Assembly (NCBI GenBank): GCA_035291465.1
Contig: DATDRZ010000001.1
Coordinates: forward strand, 7,616-71,615
Direction: 5' to 3'
Origin: Anaerolineales bacterium
Lineage (GTDB): Bacteria; Chloroflexota; Anaerolineae; Anaerolineales; UBA11579
Length of the DNA stretch: 64,000 bases
The notes under the pieces were generated by a model. That model was not told the DNA's origin, ran no database searches, and saw nothing but the letters and a program-made list of their open reading frames with translations. A program made the translations under genes and the position numbers. Positions 18,036 through 26,583 of the stretch are shown piece by piece (the stretch's first letter is position 1; the number at the start of each line of letters is the position of its first letter).

Positions 18036-18107
18036 CACCACAAAGGCACAGAGGCCACTAAGATTTTTAGAATTAGGTTTCTTTGTATTCTCTGTGGCTT
18101 TGTGGTT
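18036..18107. repeat. imperfect inverted repeat in a divergent intergenic region
   Basis: CACCACAAAGGCACAGAG (18036-18053) versus the reverse complement of CTCTGTGGCTTTGTGGTT (18090-18107). 16 of 18 positions match. Confidence 0.45.
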
Positions 18108-18142
18108 AACATCTCGACTCACCATGAGGCAGGAGGTCTCCT

Positions 18143-19324
18143 ATGAAGCATTACACATACGTGATCGTCGGCGGCGGCATGGCCGCCGATTCCGCCATCA
18201 TAGGCATCCGTGAAGTCGACGAATCCGGCAGCATCGCGCTGATCGGCGCCGAAAACTTTCCTCCCTACGACCGGCCGCCGCTCACCAAAGCCCTGTGGAC
18301 CGGCAAGAAAACCCTCGACAAAGTCTGGCGCCAGACCGCCAGCCGCGGCGCCGACCTCTGCTTGAACCAGCGTGTGGTCTCCATCGATCCCGAGGCCAAG
18401 GTGGTGGGCGATGACCAGGGCGTGGAATACGAATACGACAAACTTCTTTTGGCAACCGGCGGCAGGCCGCGCGAACTGCCTTTCGGCGAAGGGCTGATCC
18501 GCTACTTCCGCACGATGGAAGATTACCAGGCGGTTCGCGAACAAGCCGCCGCAGGCGGCGCACGTTTCGCAGTCATCGGCGGCGGCTTCATCGGCTCCGA
18601 GTTGGCCGCTGCGTTGGCGATGCACAAGCAAAAAGTGCACATCATCTTTCCCGGTCCCGGCATCGGCGCCAATATTTTTCCCGCGGGATTGGTGGAGCAC
18701 ATCAACCAGTATTTCCGCGAGAAGGGCGTGGATGTGCTTAACGGCGAAGAGGTGGTTGATGTGCAAGCCGCCGGGAACGCGCGCCGCGTGGTGCTGAAGA
18801 GCGGCAAGACGCTGGAGGTGGATCACGTAGTGGCCGGCATCGGCATCCAGCCCAACGTCGAACTGGCCGGGATGGCCGGACTGCATATCGATAACGGCAT
18901 CTTGGTGGGCGAAGACCTGCAAACCAGCCACGCGGATATCTACGCCGCCGGCGACGTGGCGGCCTTTCCCAACCTGTACCTGGGCGGGCACCTGCGCTTC
19001 GAGCACGAGGACAATACCAACACCATGGGCAAAGCCGCCGGCCGCAGCATGGCGGGCAAACCCGAACCCTACGACTACGTTCCCTATTTCTATTCGGATC
19101 TCTTCGAGCTCGGTTACGAGGCGGTGGGCCGCCTGGATTCCCGCTACCAGATGGTGGAAGACTGGAAGGAGGGGGACCACAAGAAGGGCGTGGTTTATTA
19201 CCTGGACGACGGCCACCTGCGCGGCGTTTTGTTGTGGAATCTGTGGGACAAGGTCGACGCAGCGCGCGATCTGATTCGCGCAGTGGGACCGAAGGTTGCT
19301 AGCCAAATGCCGGGGAAGATTTAG
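18143..19324 (+). CDS. FAD-dependent pyridine nucleotide-disulfide oxidoreductase (ferredoxin reductase/AIF-like)
   Basis: AGGAGG RBS. YVIVGGGMAADSA (FAD GxGxxG), FAVIGGGFIGSELAAAL (NAD(P) GxGxxG), and IYAAGDVA. Confidence 0.85.
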   Translation: MKHYTYVIVGGGMAADSAIIGIREVDESGSIALIGAENFPPYDRPPLTKALWTGKKTLDKVWRQTASRGADLCLNQRVVSIDPEAKVVGDDQGVEYEYDKLLLATGGRPRELPFGEGLIRYFRTMEDYQAVREQAAAGGARFAVIGGGFIGSELAAALAMHKQKVHIIFPGPGIGANIFPAGLVEHINQYFREKGVDVLNGEEVVDVQAAGNARRVVLKSGKTLEVDHVVAGIGIQPNVELAGMAGLHIDNGILVGEDLQTSHADIYAAGDVAAFPNLYLGGHLRFEHEDNTNTMGKAAGRSMAGKPEPYDYVPYFYSDLFELGYEAVGRLDSRYQMVEDWKEGDHKKGVVYYLDDGHLRGVLLWNLWDKVDAARDLIRAVGPKVASQMPGKI

Positions 19325-19380
19325 ATTTTTGTAGTTTCCATCACTGACATTTTCTCAGCCTAAACATTTTCCGATAATTG

Positions 19381-19405
19381 GGCGCATTGCAATGCGCCCT
19401 TTTCG
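19381..19405 (+). terminator. rho-independent terminator
   Basis: Perfect palindrome GGCGCATTGCAATGCGCC followed by CTTTTCG, 57 nt after the oxidoreductase stop. Confidence 0.7.
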
Positions 19406-19600
19406 TCATTGCGAGGAGCACGCTCATGCGGAGTATGAGCAGCGGACGAAGCAATCTCGAATCAAGATCACATCGATCCCTGAAAGCCGTTTGCAAAATC
19501 ATTTACGCCGCTCTGCACCCTGCAAGCCAGTGACTCTTCGAGACTGCCACGTTGGCTTTGGCCGCTGCAGCGGCTCCAAAACGCCTCCTCGCGATGACGA
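19403..19600. repeat. MITE-like inverted-repeat element, copy A
   Basis: Termini are TCGTCATTGCGAGGAG (19403-19418) and CTCCTCGCGATGACGA (19585-19600), matching at 15 of 16 as an inverted repeat. The internal 22-mer GCGGACGAAGCAATCTCGAATC (19442-19463) recurs in copy B with one mismatch. Confidence 0.55.
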
Positions 19601-19648
19601 AAACGAACACACCCCCTTGTGCGCTATTACGGTGTTTGCGTCGAGGCG

Positions 19649-19654
19649 TATAAT
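19649..19654 (+). promoter_or_regulatory. candidate -10 box (TATAAT) for the ftcD leader
   Basis: A perfect TATAAT lies 16 nt upstream of the ATG at 19670. The -35 is weak (TTACGG-like, about 16-17 nt upstream). Confidence 0.35.
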
Positions 19655-19669
19655 CACCGCGGTTTCCGT

Positions 19670-19777
19670 ATGACCCAGCAAATCGTTGAGTGCATCCCAA
19701 ATCAAGGAAAGCTATGCTTTCCGCAGTTGCGAGTGAGCCTTTTAGGCGAGCGTGGCAATCCCCTGGATAGATCATGA
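19670..19777 (+). CDS. 35-codon upstream ORF duplicating the first 11 codons of ftcD
   Basis: Encodes MTQQIVECIPNQGKLCFPQLRVSLLGERGNPLDRS. Its TGA (19775-19777) overlaps the ftcD ATG (19774-19776) as ATGA. Expression is untested. Confidence 0.35.
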   Translation: MTQQIVECIPNQGKLCFPQLRVSLLGERGNPLDRS

Positions 19778-21333
19778 CTCAACAAATAGTTGAATGCATC
19801 CCTAATTTCTCCGAGGGTCGCCGCCCGGAAATACTCCAGGCCATCGTGTCTGCCATCCAATCTATTGACAGCGTGACCCTCCTCGACCAAAGTTCCGATG
19901 CGGATCACAACCGCTCGGTGATCACCTTCGTCGGTTCGCCTGAGTCTGTGGAAGCGGCAGCCTTTGCGGGAATCGCCAAAGCCGCCGAATTGATCGACAT
20001 GACCAAACATTCCGGCGAGCATCCGCGCATGGGGGCGACGGATGTGGTTCCTTTCGTTCCCATCTCCGGCGTTGACATGCAGGACTGCGTGAATATTGCC
20101 CACCGCCTGGGAAAGCGCGTGAGCGAGGAACTGGGCATTCCGGTGTACTTGTACGAAGAAGCTGCCACGCGTGAAGAGCGCCGCAATCTCGAAAACGTAC
20201 GCCGTGGCGAATACGAGGGTATTCGAGATTCGATCGCTACCGATCCAGCACGGCAACCCGACTTCGGACCCGCCAAACTTGGCAAGGCCGGCGCCGTGGC
20301 CATCGGGGCGCGCCAGCCTCTGATCGCCTACAACGTCTACCTGAATACCGGCGACGTAAAGATCGCCAAAGCCATTGCCAAAAAAGTGCGCACTTCTTCC
20401 GGCGGGCTGCCCTTTGTGAAGGGCGCGGGTTTCCTGGTGGATGGCAAAGCACAGGTATCCATGAACCTGACCAATTTCCGCGGCACCCCGGTAGCCCAGG
20501 TTGTCGATTTGATCCGGCAGGAAGCCGAGCAGCTGGGGACCTCGATTGAAAAAAGTGAACTCATTGGTTTGATACCTCAAGAAGCATTGGAAGATGCCGC
20601 GGTTTGGTATCTGCAGCTCAAAGATTTCAAGCGCGAGCAAGTGCTGGAACGCCGCATGCAGAGCGCTCAAAAGGAAGGTTCCCCGGAGCGTGGGAACCAG
20701 GGTGAGGGGGAGAGTGGTGATTTCCTGGAAGCGCTGGCATCTGCGAAGCCGACGCCGGGCGGAGGCTCCGCCGCGGGGCATGCCGGGGCGCTGGCCGCCG
20801 CGCTGGTGGCCATGGTGGCGCGCCTGACGTTGGGCAAGAAAAAATATGCGAACGTCGAAGCGCTGATGGACGAGTTGGTCAGCAAGGCAGACGCGTTGCG
20901 AGCTGATTTCGTCGAAGCGGTCCAAACGGACGCGGCCGCTTTCGATGCGGTGATGGCTGCCATGAAGCTGCCCAAAGAAACTGAAGAGCAAAAATCTGCC
21001 CGCGCCAACGCTATTGAGACCGCAACGCTGGAAGCAGCCCGCCAGCCGCTGGTGGTGTCGCGCATGGCAGTCGATTGTCTGGGCCTGGCGCGGGAAGCCG
21101 CGCGTCTTGGCAACGTCAACGCCATCAGCGACGCGGGTTCCGCCGCCGCCCTGGCACGGGCCTGCCTGGCTGGGTCGGGGCTGAACGTGCGCATCAACGT
21201 GCATTCGCTGCAAGACAAGGAGGAGGGGGAAGATCTGCTCAAGGAGCTACGCCGCCTGGAGAAGCAAGCCGATGAACTGGAATCCGAGATCCGCATGCAG
21301 GTGCAGGCGCGAGGGCGTTTCGAGCTCGAATGA
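19774..21333 (+). CDS. ftcD: bifunctional glutamate formimidoyltransferase / formimidoyltetrahydrofolate cyclodeaminase
   Basis: The N-terminal ECIPNFSEGRRPEI formiminotransferase domain covers ~300 aa. The C-terminal LASAKPTPGGGSAAGHAGALAAALVAMVARLT is a cyclodeaminase domain. Confidence 0.9.
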   Translation: MTQQIVECIPNFSEGRRPEILQAIVSAIQSIDSVTLLDQSSDADHNRSVITFVGSPESVEAAAFAGIAKAAELIDMTKHSGEHPRMGATDVVPFVPISGVDMQDCVNIAHRLGKRVSEELGIPVYLYEEAATREERRNLENVRRGEYEGIRDSIATDPARQPDFGPAKLGKAGAVAIGARQPLIAYNVYLNTGDVKIAKAIAKKVRTSSGGLPFVKGAGFLVDGKAQVSMNLTNFRGTPVAQVVDLIRQEAEQLGTSIEKSELIGLIPQEALEDAAVWYLQLKDFKREQVLERRMQSAQKEGSPERGNQGEGESGDFLEALASAKPTPGGGSAAGHAGALAAALVAMVARLTLGKKKYANVEALMDELVSKADALRADFVEAVQTDAAAFDAVMAAMKLPKETEEQKSARANAIETATLEAARQPLVVSRMAVDCLGLAREAARLGNVNAISDAGSAAALARACLAGSGLNVRINVHSLQDKEEGEDLLKELRRLEKQADELESEIRMQVQARGRFELE

Positions 21334-21345
21334 AGCCCGTTCCAC

Positions 21346-21572
21346 TCGTCATTGCGAGGAGGGCGAGGCGTAGCCATCCGCCCAGAGCCTGCCCCGAGCG
21401 AGCTGCTTTGCGGCGACGAGGGAAAGCAAGTCTCGAAGCGATTCGATTGCTCACAAATAATGCTTGTCGTAATGATTCATTACGACGAGGGAAATCGGGA
21501 ACCTGCGGACCTGATTCGAGGTTGCTTCGTCCGCTTACGCCGCTGCGCGTCGCAATGCTCCTCGCAATGACG
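21346..21572. repeat. MITE-like inverted-repeat element, copy B
   Basis: The left terminus TCGTCATTGCGAGGAG (21346-21361) is identical to copy A. The right terminus is CTCCTCGCAATGACG (21558-21572). The internal GATTCGAGGTTGCTTCGTCCGC (21513-21534) is the reverse complement of the copy A 22-mer with one mismatch. Confidence 0.55.
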
Positions 21573-21626
21573 GATATATAAGGGGCGTTGCTCCTAGCAT
21601 ATTAAGTGTGTGATCATAAAAACAGA

Positions 21627-23303
21627 ATGAAACCCTTTTGCTTCTTCCCGTTGATTTGCATCGCCGCGCTTCTGGCAAGCTGCAACCTGCCGGCCGGCGC
21701 CGCGGTCGCTAACACCGCATCCTCGGCAAGCGCCACTCCCTACCAGCCCACCATCGGCTCACAGAATACTGTTGGGTTGGAAGGCGAAAATGGCGAAATC
21801 GCAAGCTGGTGGCTGTCGCCGGACCTGCCGCTAGGGTTCCGCGATTCGCTGGCGCTGCCCGCCGGCGCCAACCTCGTGGAAGACCAGTCGCAGGCCCATC
21901 TGCGGTTGGCTGTGAATGAAGGTGAGATAGTCAGCCACTGGATCTATGCGGTGGTGGCGCCTTTCCCGACCATCGTTGATGAAGTGAGCTTCGAAGATGT
22001 TCAAGGCGCCTGGAACGGCGACAGTTCCGCCCCCTTCGCCGATCTGCCGCTGATGATGAGCCCTGAAACCAAGGCGGCCTTCACCGCCTGGTGGGGCGAA
22101 CCGGCAGCGGGTGCCGTGCGCGTCGAACCAGCGGACGAATTACTCAACGCCGCCTGGGCGGCCAAACCGGCCTGGGTGCTGGTTCCCTTCGAGGACTTGG
22201 CGCCGAAATGGAAGGTGCTCGCCGTCGATGGCCAATCCCCTATTAGGAAAGATTTCGACGCAGAGGATTATCCGCTTTCGGTGCCGATCGGCTTGAGCGG
22301 TGACGAGATCCTGGTTGCAGAAGCCCTTCCTCGATTTAGCTCAGAGAACAAAGCGCCGATTGCACCCGCGAGCAACCGCGATGCGGACAAACTGACCACT
22401 GTCATATTAACCGGGGTGACCGCCCTGGTGCGTTCCACCGCGTGGGAGATGAACCGCAAGGGGATCACCTATCCCGCGGAGGACATTGGGGACTTGCTGC
22501 GCGAAGCCGATATCACCCACATCAGCAATGAAGTTCCGTTTGCCGAGGACTGCCCGCCACCGAATCCCGTGCAGCGAGACCTGATTTTCTGCACAGACCC
22601 GGCGCACATCGAGCTGCTGGACGCTGTGGGCACAGATGTCGTCGAGCTCACCGGCGACCATTTCAACGATTGGGGGGCCGACGCCATGCTCTATACGCTG
22701 GAACTCTACAAGGAGCGCGGTTGGCCATATTATGGCGGCGGCGCCAATGCGGAGGAAGCGCGCCAGCCGCTCAAGCTGGAGGATCACGGCAACCTGATCG
22801 CATTCCTCGGCTGCAACGCGAAGGGAGGATCTTATGCGTCGGCAAAGGAAGATTATCCCGGCACAGTTCCCTGCGATTACGACTTGATGGAGCAGCAAGT
22901 GAGAGATCTGGCTGCCGAAGGTTATATCGTGATAGCCACTTTCCAACATAGCGAATACTTAACCTTCGTCCCGCAGCCCGACCTGGTGCGCGATTTCGGA
23001 CGCATCTCGGCGGCGGGCGCCAGCATCGTAAGCGGCAGCCAGGCGCACCAATCGCACGGGGTCGAGTTTCCCCGTCCGGACGCCATCATCACTTATGGGC
23101 TGGGCAACCTCTTCTTCGACCAGCGTGGAGTGGTTGAATTTGGCGACCGCGCCCTCATCGCCCGCCATGTGATTTATGATGGGCGCTACATCAGCACCGA
23201 ATTGTTTACGATTCAATTCGTCGATTATGCGAAGCCCAGATTTATGACCCCGGAGGAACGCGCCGAATACCTGCCGCTCATTTTCAACGCCAGCCGCTGG
23301 TGA
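21627..23303 (+). CDS. CapA/PGA_cap-family metallophosphoesterase-like lipoprotein
   Basis: MKPFCFFPLICIAALLASC lipobox from ATG 21627. The C-terminal half (TGDHFNDWGADAM...GGGANAEEARQP...FLGCN...SGSQAHQSHG) resembles CapA-type proteins. Confidence 0.75.
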   Translation: MKPFCFFPLICIAALLASCNLPAGAAVANTASSASATPYQPTIGSQNTVGLEGENGEIASWWLSPDLPLGFRDSLALPAGANLVEDQSQAHLRLAVNEGEIVSHWIYAVVAPFPTIVDEVSFEDVQGAWNGDSSAPFADLPLMMSPETKAAFTAWWGEPAAGAVRVEPADELLNAAWAAKPAWVLVPFEDLAPKWKVLAVDGQSPIRKDFDAEDYPLSVPIGLSGDEILVAEALPRFSSENKAPIAPASNRDADKLTTVILTGVTALVRSTAWEMNRKGITYPAEDIGDLLREADITHISNEVPFAEDCPPPNPVQRDLIFCTDPAHIELLDAVGTDVVELTGDHFNDWGADAMLYTLELYKERGWPYYGGGANAEEARQPLKLEDHGNLIAFLGCNAKGGSYASAKEDYPGTVPCDYDLMEQQVRDLAAEGYIVIATFQHSEYLTFVPQPDLVRDFGRISAAGASIVSGSQAHQSHGVEFPRPDAIITYGLGNLFFDQRGVVEFGDRALIARHVIYDGRYISTELFTIQFVDYAKPRFMTPEERAEYLPLIFNASRW

Positions 23304-23346
23304 TCACATGTACCCTGCTATTCGTCATAGCCCCCTATTCGATAAA

Positions 23347-23383
23347 GATAAACAAAAGCGCTTCTTTTGCGCTTTTGTTTATC
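23347..23383 (+). terminator. terminator-like hairpin
   Basis: GATAAACAAAAGCGC (23347-23361), 7-nt loop, GCGCTTTTGTTTATC (23369-23383). This is a 15-bp perfect stem. No separate T-run follows it. Confidence 0.5.
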
Positions 23384-23537
23384 TGCCCTCTCTGTCATTC
23401 CGAACGGGTTTCGCAAATGCACACCCACAAGCGGAATCAAGACCAGTGAGGAATCCCTATAACCATATCTTCCATATAATCTCGTTCTGCTACTCAAGTT
23501 TACCTTGGCCAACTGAAGATATAGATTGAGAGGTACC

Positions 23538-24092
23538 ATGGGACTAAAACCTGATCATTGGATTGAGAAGATGGCCCGCGAACACAAAATGATCGAACCC
23601 TTTGAATCAAGCCAGGTACGCGATGGTGTGATCTCGTTTGGCGTTTCGTCTTACGGCTACGACATCCGAGTGGCCGACGAATTCAAAATCTTCACCAACG
23701 TGTATTCCGCAGTGGTGGACCCCAAGCATTTCGACCAGAAATCCATGGTGGATTTCAAGGGTGAGGTCTGCATCATCCCACCGAATTCCTTCGCCCTGGC
23801 GCGCACCGTAGAATATTTCCGCATCCCGCGCAAGGTGCTCACCGTCTGCCTGGGCAAGAGCACCTACGCGCGCTGCGGCATCATTGTCAATGTGACGCCC
23901 TTTGAGCCGGAATGGGAAGGTTTCGTCACTCTGGAAATCTCAAACACCACTCCACTGCCGGCGAAGATTTACGCCAACGAGGGTATTGCCCAAGTCTTGT
24001 TCTTCGAAGCCGATGAAGAATGCCGGATTTCGTATGCCGATAAAAAGGGGAAATATCAGAAGCAGCAATCGATCGAATTGCCGAAACTTTAA
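23538..24092 (+). CDS. dcd: dCTP deaminase
   Basis: [22 protein letters not shown]...SYGYDIRV...[37 protein letters not shown] precedes ATG 23538. Confidence 0.9.
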   Translation: MGLKPDHWIEKMAREHKMIEPFESSQVRDGVISFGVSSYGYDIRVADEFKIFTNVYSAVVDPKHFDQKSMVDFKGEVCIIPPNSFALARTVEYFRIPRKVLTVCLGKSTYARCGIIVNVTPFEPEWEGFVTLEISNTTPLPAKIYANEGIAQVLFFEADEECRISYADKKGKYQKQQSIELPKL

Positions 24093-24134
24093 CGCGGATA
24101 AACGCCGATAAGCGCGGATTATTTTTATCTGTGT

Positions 24135-25055
24135 TTATTCGCGTCCATCCGCGTTAATTTCCGCACCTTTTGAGGTGGTATTTAGTACATATATTTGCGT
24201 CTTCACCCCTTTTTCGGCAAACGGCGCTCGCAGCGCCTCAGAGATCGCTTTTTCCCTGCCTTCTTCCACGAAAGCGATCAGGCTGGGGCCGGCGCCGGAT
24301 AGCGCCGCAGCCGCTCCCGCCTGCTGCGCTGCCGCCAGAGCTTCCGCCGCGCCAGGGATCAGGGGCAGGCGATACTGTTGATGCATTCTGTCCTGAAATG
24401 CGCTGGCCAGGGCGGAAATATCGCCATTGCGCAGGGCCTCGACCACTTGGATGCTGTGCGCGATGTTGAACACGGCATCGGCTAACGGTATTTGCTTGGG
24501 CAGTGCGTTGCGAGAATCTTTCGTGGTGAACCGCTGGTCGGGCCGGATAACTACCGCGTTAAAGGACGCGCAATCCAGTTTTTGAGCGGCCGGGCCGCCT
24601 GCTTCCTGGGTAACCAGCACCAGGCCGCCAAATAAAGAAGCGGCCAGATTATCGGAATGGCCTTCGAGTTCGGTACCCAATTTCAGCAGGTAAGGCAGCT
24701 TTTGTGGCTGCCCAAGCAGCGTGTTGGCCGTCAACAGCCCGGCAGCGGTTGCGGCCGCGCTGGACCCGATGCCGCCGCCCGGCGGAATGCGTTGTATGCA
24801 ACTGATGCGCAGCCCGCGAGGGAGCTTCTCGCTGACTTCGTCATAAACGCGAGCCATGGCTTGGACAATGCGGTTGGTCTGGTCGTGGGGCAACGTTTCG
24901 GCGCCTTCGCCGCTGATCTCCAGGATAAGACGGTCGCCCGTCACCTCAACGCGGGTTTCATTCCACAGGTCGAGGGCCAGGCCGAGGCAATCGAAGGCCG
25001 GGCCCAGGTTGGCAGTGCTGGCGGGGACGCGAACGGTGACGCTCACTGTGATCAA
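24135..25055 (-). CDS. thrB: homoserine kinase
   Basis: VPASTANLGPAFDCLGLAL and the GHMP motif IPPGGGIGSSAAATAAG. Confidence 0.9.
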   Translation of the reverse strand: MITVSVTVRVPASTANLGPAFDCLGLALDLWNETRVEVTGDRLILEISGEGAETLPHDQTNRIVQAMARVYDEVSEKLPRGLRISCIQRIPPGGGIGSSAAATAAGLLTANTLLGQPQKLPYLLKLGTELEGHSDNLAASLFGGLVLVTQEAGGPAAQKLDCASFNAVVIRPDQRFTTKDSRNALPKQIPLADAVFNIAHSIQVVEALRNGDISALASAFQDRMHQQYRLPLIPGAAEALAAAQQAGAAAALSGAGPSLIAFVEEGREKAISEALRAPFAEKGVKTQIYVLNTTSKGAEINADGRE

Positions 25056-25471
25056 TCCCAGGGCAGGCTTTGTCTTTCTTCTCCGGGTTTGTACGTGCGC
25101 AGATTGAAGGCGGACCAGGCTTCGTTCACCGCGATCAGGTTCACGAATTTGAGGTCGACGCCTTTCAAACTGTCCCAGCCTTTATCGCGGGTTAGGTCAG
25201 TCTGCATCTTTGAAGACCCTTTCGGGAAGCTGATCCAGATGCGCGATTCCGGCCCTATGGCTTTGAGCACCTTGGGCAGCAGTTTGTCGAACTCGGCTTT
25301 GTTTTTGACGAAAAGCTGGATCCAGTCAAATTTTCCGCTCAATTCATGGAGGAGTTCCACTTCTTTGGGGAAAGGTTTCAGCGAATTCAAATAGCCGTCG
25401 GGTGGGTTGATAATTGCCGCCCTTTTGGCGGTATCGAATTTCATTTTCTTGGCTAATGGGCTGGCAGCCAT
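25052..25471 (-). CDS. DUF3052-like protein
   Basis: MAASPLAKKMKF...IINPPDGY...IWISFPKGSS resembles the DUF3052 family (by eye). Its stop overlaps the thrB start by 4 nt. Confidence 0.55.
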   Translation of the reverse strand: MAASPLAKKMKFDTAKRAAIINPPDGYLNSLKPFPKEVELLHELSGKFDWIQLFVKNKAEFDKLLPKVLKAIGPESRIWISFPKGSSKMQTDLTRDKGWDSLKGVDLKFVNLIAVNEAWSAFNLRTYKPGEERQSLPWD

Positions 25472-25527
25472 AGAGCCTCCTGCGGGAAAAGAGTAATATA
25501 CACTGAAAGGAGGAGTAAATTCGCCTT

Positions 25528-25551
25528 CTTCCAGTGTATTTACACTGGAAG
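25528..25551. promoter_or_regulatory. perfect 24-bp palindrome, candidate operator
   Basis: CTTCCAGTGTA-TT-TACACTGGAAG lies in the divergent region between 25471(-) and 25607(+). A further TACACTG half-site sits at about 25498. Confidence 0.4.
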
Positions 25552-25606
25552 ATATTCACAGTTCAAAACGGATCGACATGAGAGTCTGTACCATCTGGAG
25601 CCCAAT

Positions 25607-26482
25607 ATGAAATTTGGCGTTGTCTTCCCACAAATCGAATTCGGTCACGACCCCGTTGCCCTGCGCAACTATGCGCAGGCCGCCGAGGAGTTCGGTTACT
25701 CACACTTGTTGGCTTACGACCACATCCTGGGCGCCAATCCTGAGCGCCCCGGAGGCTGGAGAGGGCCGTACACCTACAATAATCCATTCCTCGAACCCTT
25801 TGTACTGTTCAGCTACCTGGCGCCGCTGACTCAGCGCCTGGAGTTCACCACGGGCATTCTAATCCTGCCTCAGCGCCAGACGGTATTGGTTGCCAAGCAG
25901 GCGGCCACGTTGGACGCGCTAACTGGGGGCGGCCGCCTGCGCCTGGGGCTGGGGCTGGGCTGGAATGCGGTCGAATACGAAGCCCTCAATGAGAAATTCA
26001 GCAATCGCGGACGACGTATCGAAGAACAGATCGAGGTACTGAAAAAACTCTGGGCAGATCCCCTGGTCAAGTTCGAGGGGCGCTGGCATCACATTCCGGA
26101 CGCCGGTCTAAACCCTTTGCCCGTCCAGCGCAAAATTCCGTTATGGTTCGGCGGCCATCACGAAAGAGTGTTGCGGCGCGTTGCTAAATATGCCGACGGC
26201 TGGATGCCGAATTACCGCAAGGCTGCTGACATCCAACCCCATCTGGAATTACTGGACAAATTCCTCGCGGCGGAAGAGAGGGCGCGAAAAGATATCGGCT
26301 TGGAGGCGCGCATGCAATTTGGAGAAGGTGATCCTTCAGTATGGACGCAAACCTTGGAAGAGTGGAGAAAAGTTGGTGTGACTCACATCACTATTAACAC
26401 CATGGGCGTCGGATTTGATACTCCGCAAAAACATATAAAGGCGATAAAGGTATTTGCTGAGGAAATGGGATTGGGAAAATAG
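25607..26482 (+). CDS. luciferase-like (LLM class) oxidoreductase, probably F420-dependent
   Basis: MKFGVVFPQIEFGHDPVALRNYAQAAEEFGYSHLLAYDHILGANP and a TIM-barrel LLM pattern. The cofactor is inferred from family resemblance. Confidence 0.75.
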   Translation: MKFGVVFPQIEFGHDPVALRNYAQAAEEFGYSHLLAYDHILGANPERPGGWRGPYTYNNPFLEPFVLFSYLAPLTQRLEFTTGILILPQRQTVLVAKQAATLDALTGGGRLRLGLGLGWNAVEYEALNEKFSNRGRRIEEQIEVLKKLWADPLVKFEGRWHHIPDAGLNPLPVQRKIPLWFGGHHERVLRRVAKYADGWMPNYRKAADIQPHLELLDKFLAAEERARKDIGLEARMQFGEGDPSVWTQTLEEWRKVGVTHITINTMGVGFDTPQKHIKAIKVFAEEMGLGK

Positions 26483-26583
26483 GAACGGAATTCATTTCCC
26501 TGCTGCGAAAAAGGAGTCGAGGCTTTAGCCTGGTCCCCAAGTACTGGCTAAGGTCTCCACTCCACAAATTTGAATGGTCGCTG

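Noticed and set aside
18119-19306. 395-aa minus-strand ORF covering the whole FAD oxidoreductase gene
   Set aside because: It is antisense to a gene with clear Rossmann motifs and a strong RBS. Its translation is low-complexity (runs of A, G, V, H, Q) with no motifs. This is a typical shadow ORF in GC-rich DNA.
19702-21213. 503-aa minus-strand ORF, plus 20667..21377 (236 aa), antisense to ftcD
   Set aside because: Both have Arg/Gly/His-rich, motif-free translations and lie opposite a well-supported two-domain enzyme gene. They are shadow ORFs.
24093-24134. Imperfect palindrome AACGCGGAT...ATCCGCGTT between dcd and thrB
   Set aside because: It is most simply a shared convergent terminator or short repeat. 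The arms match only at their ends and there is nothing further to interpret.
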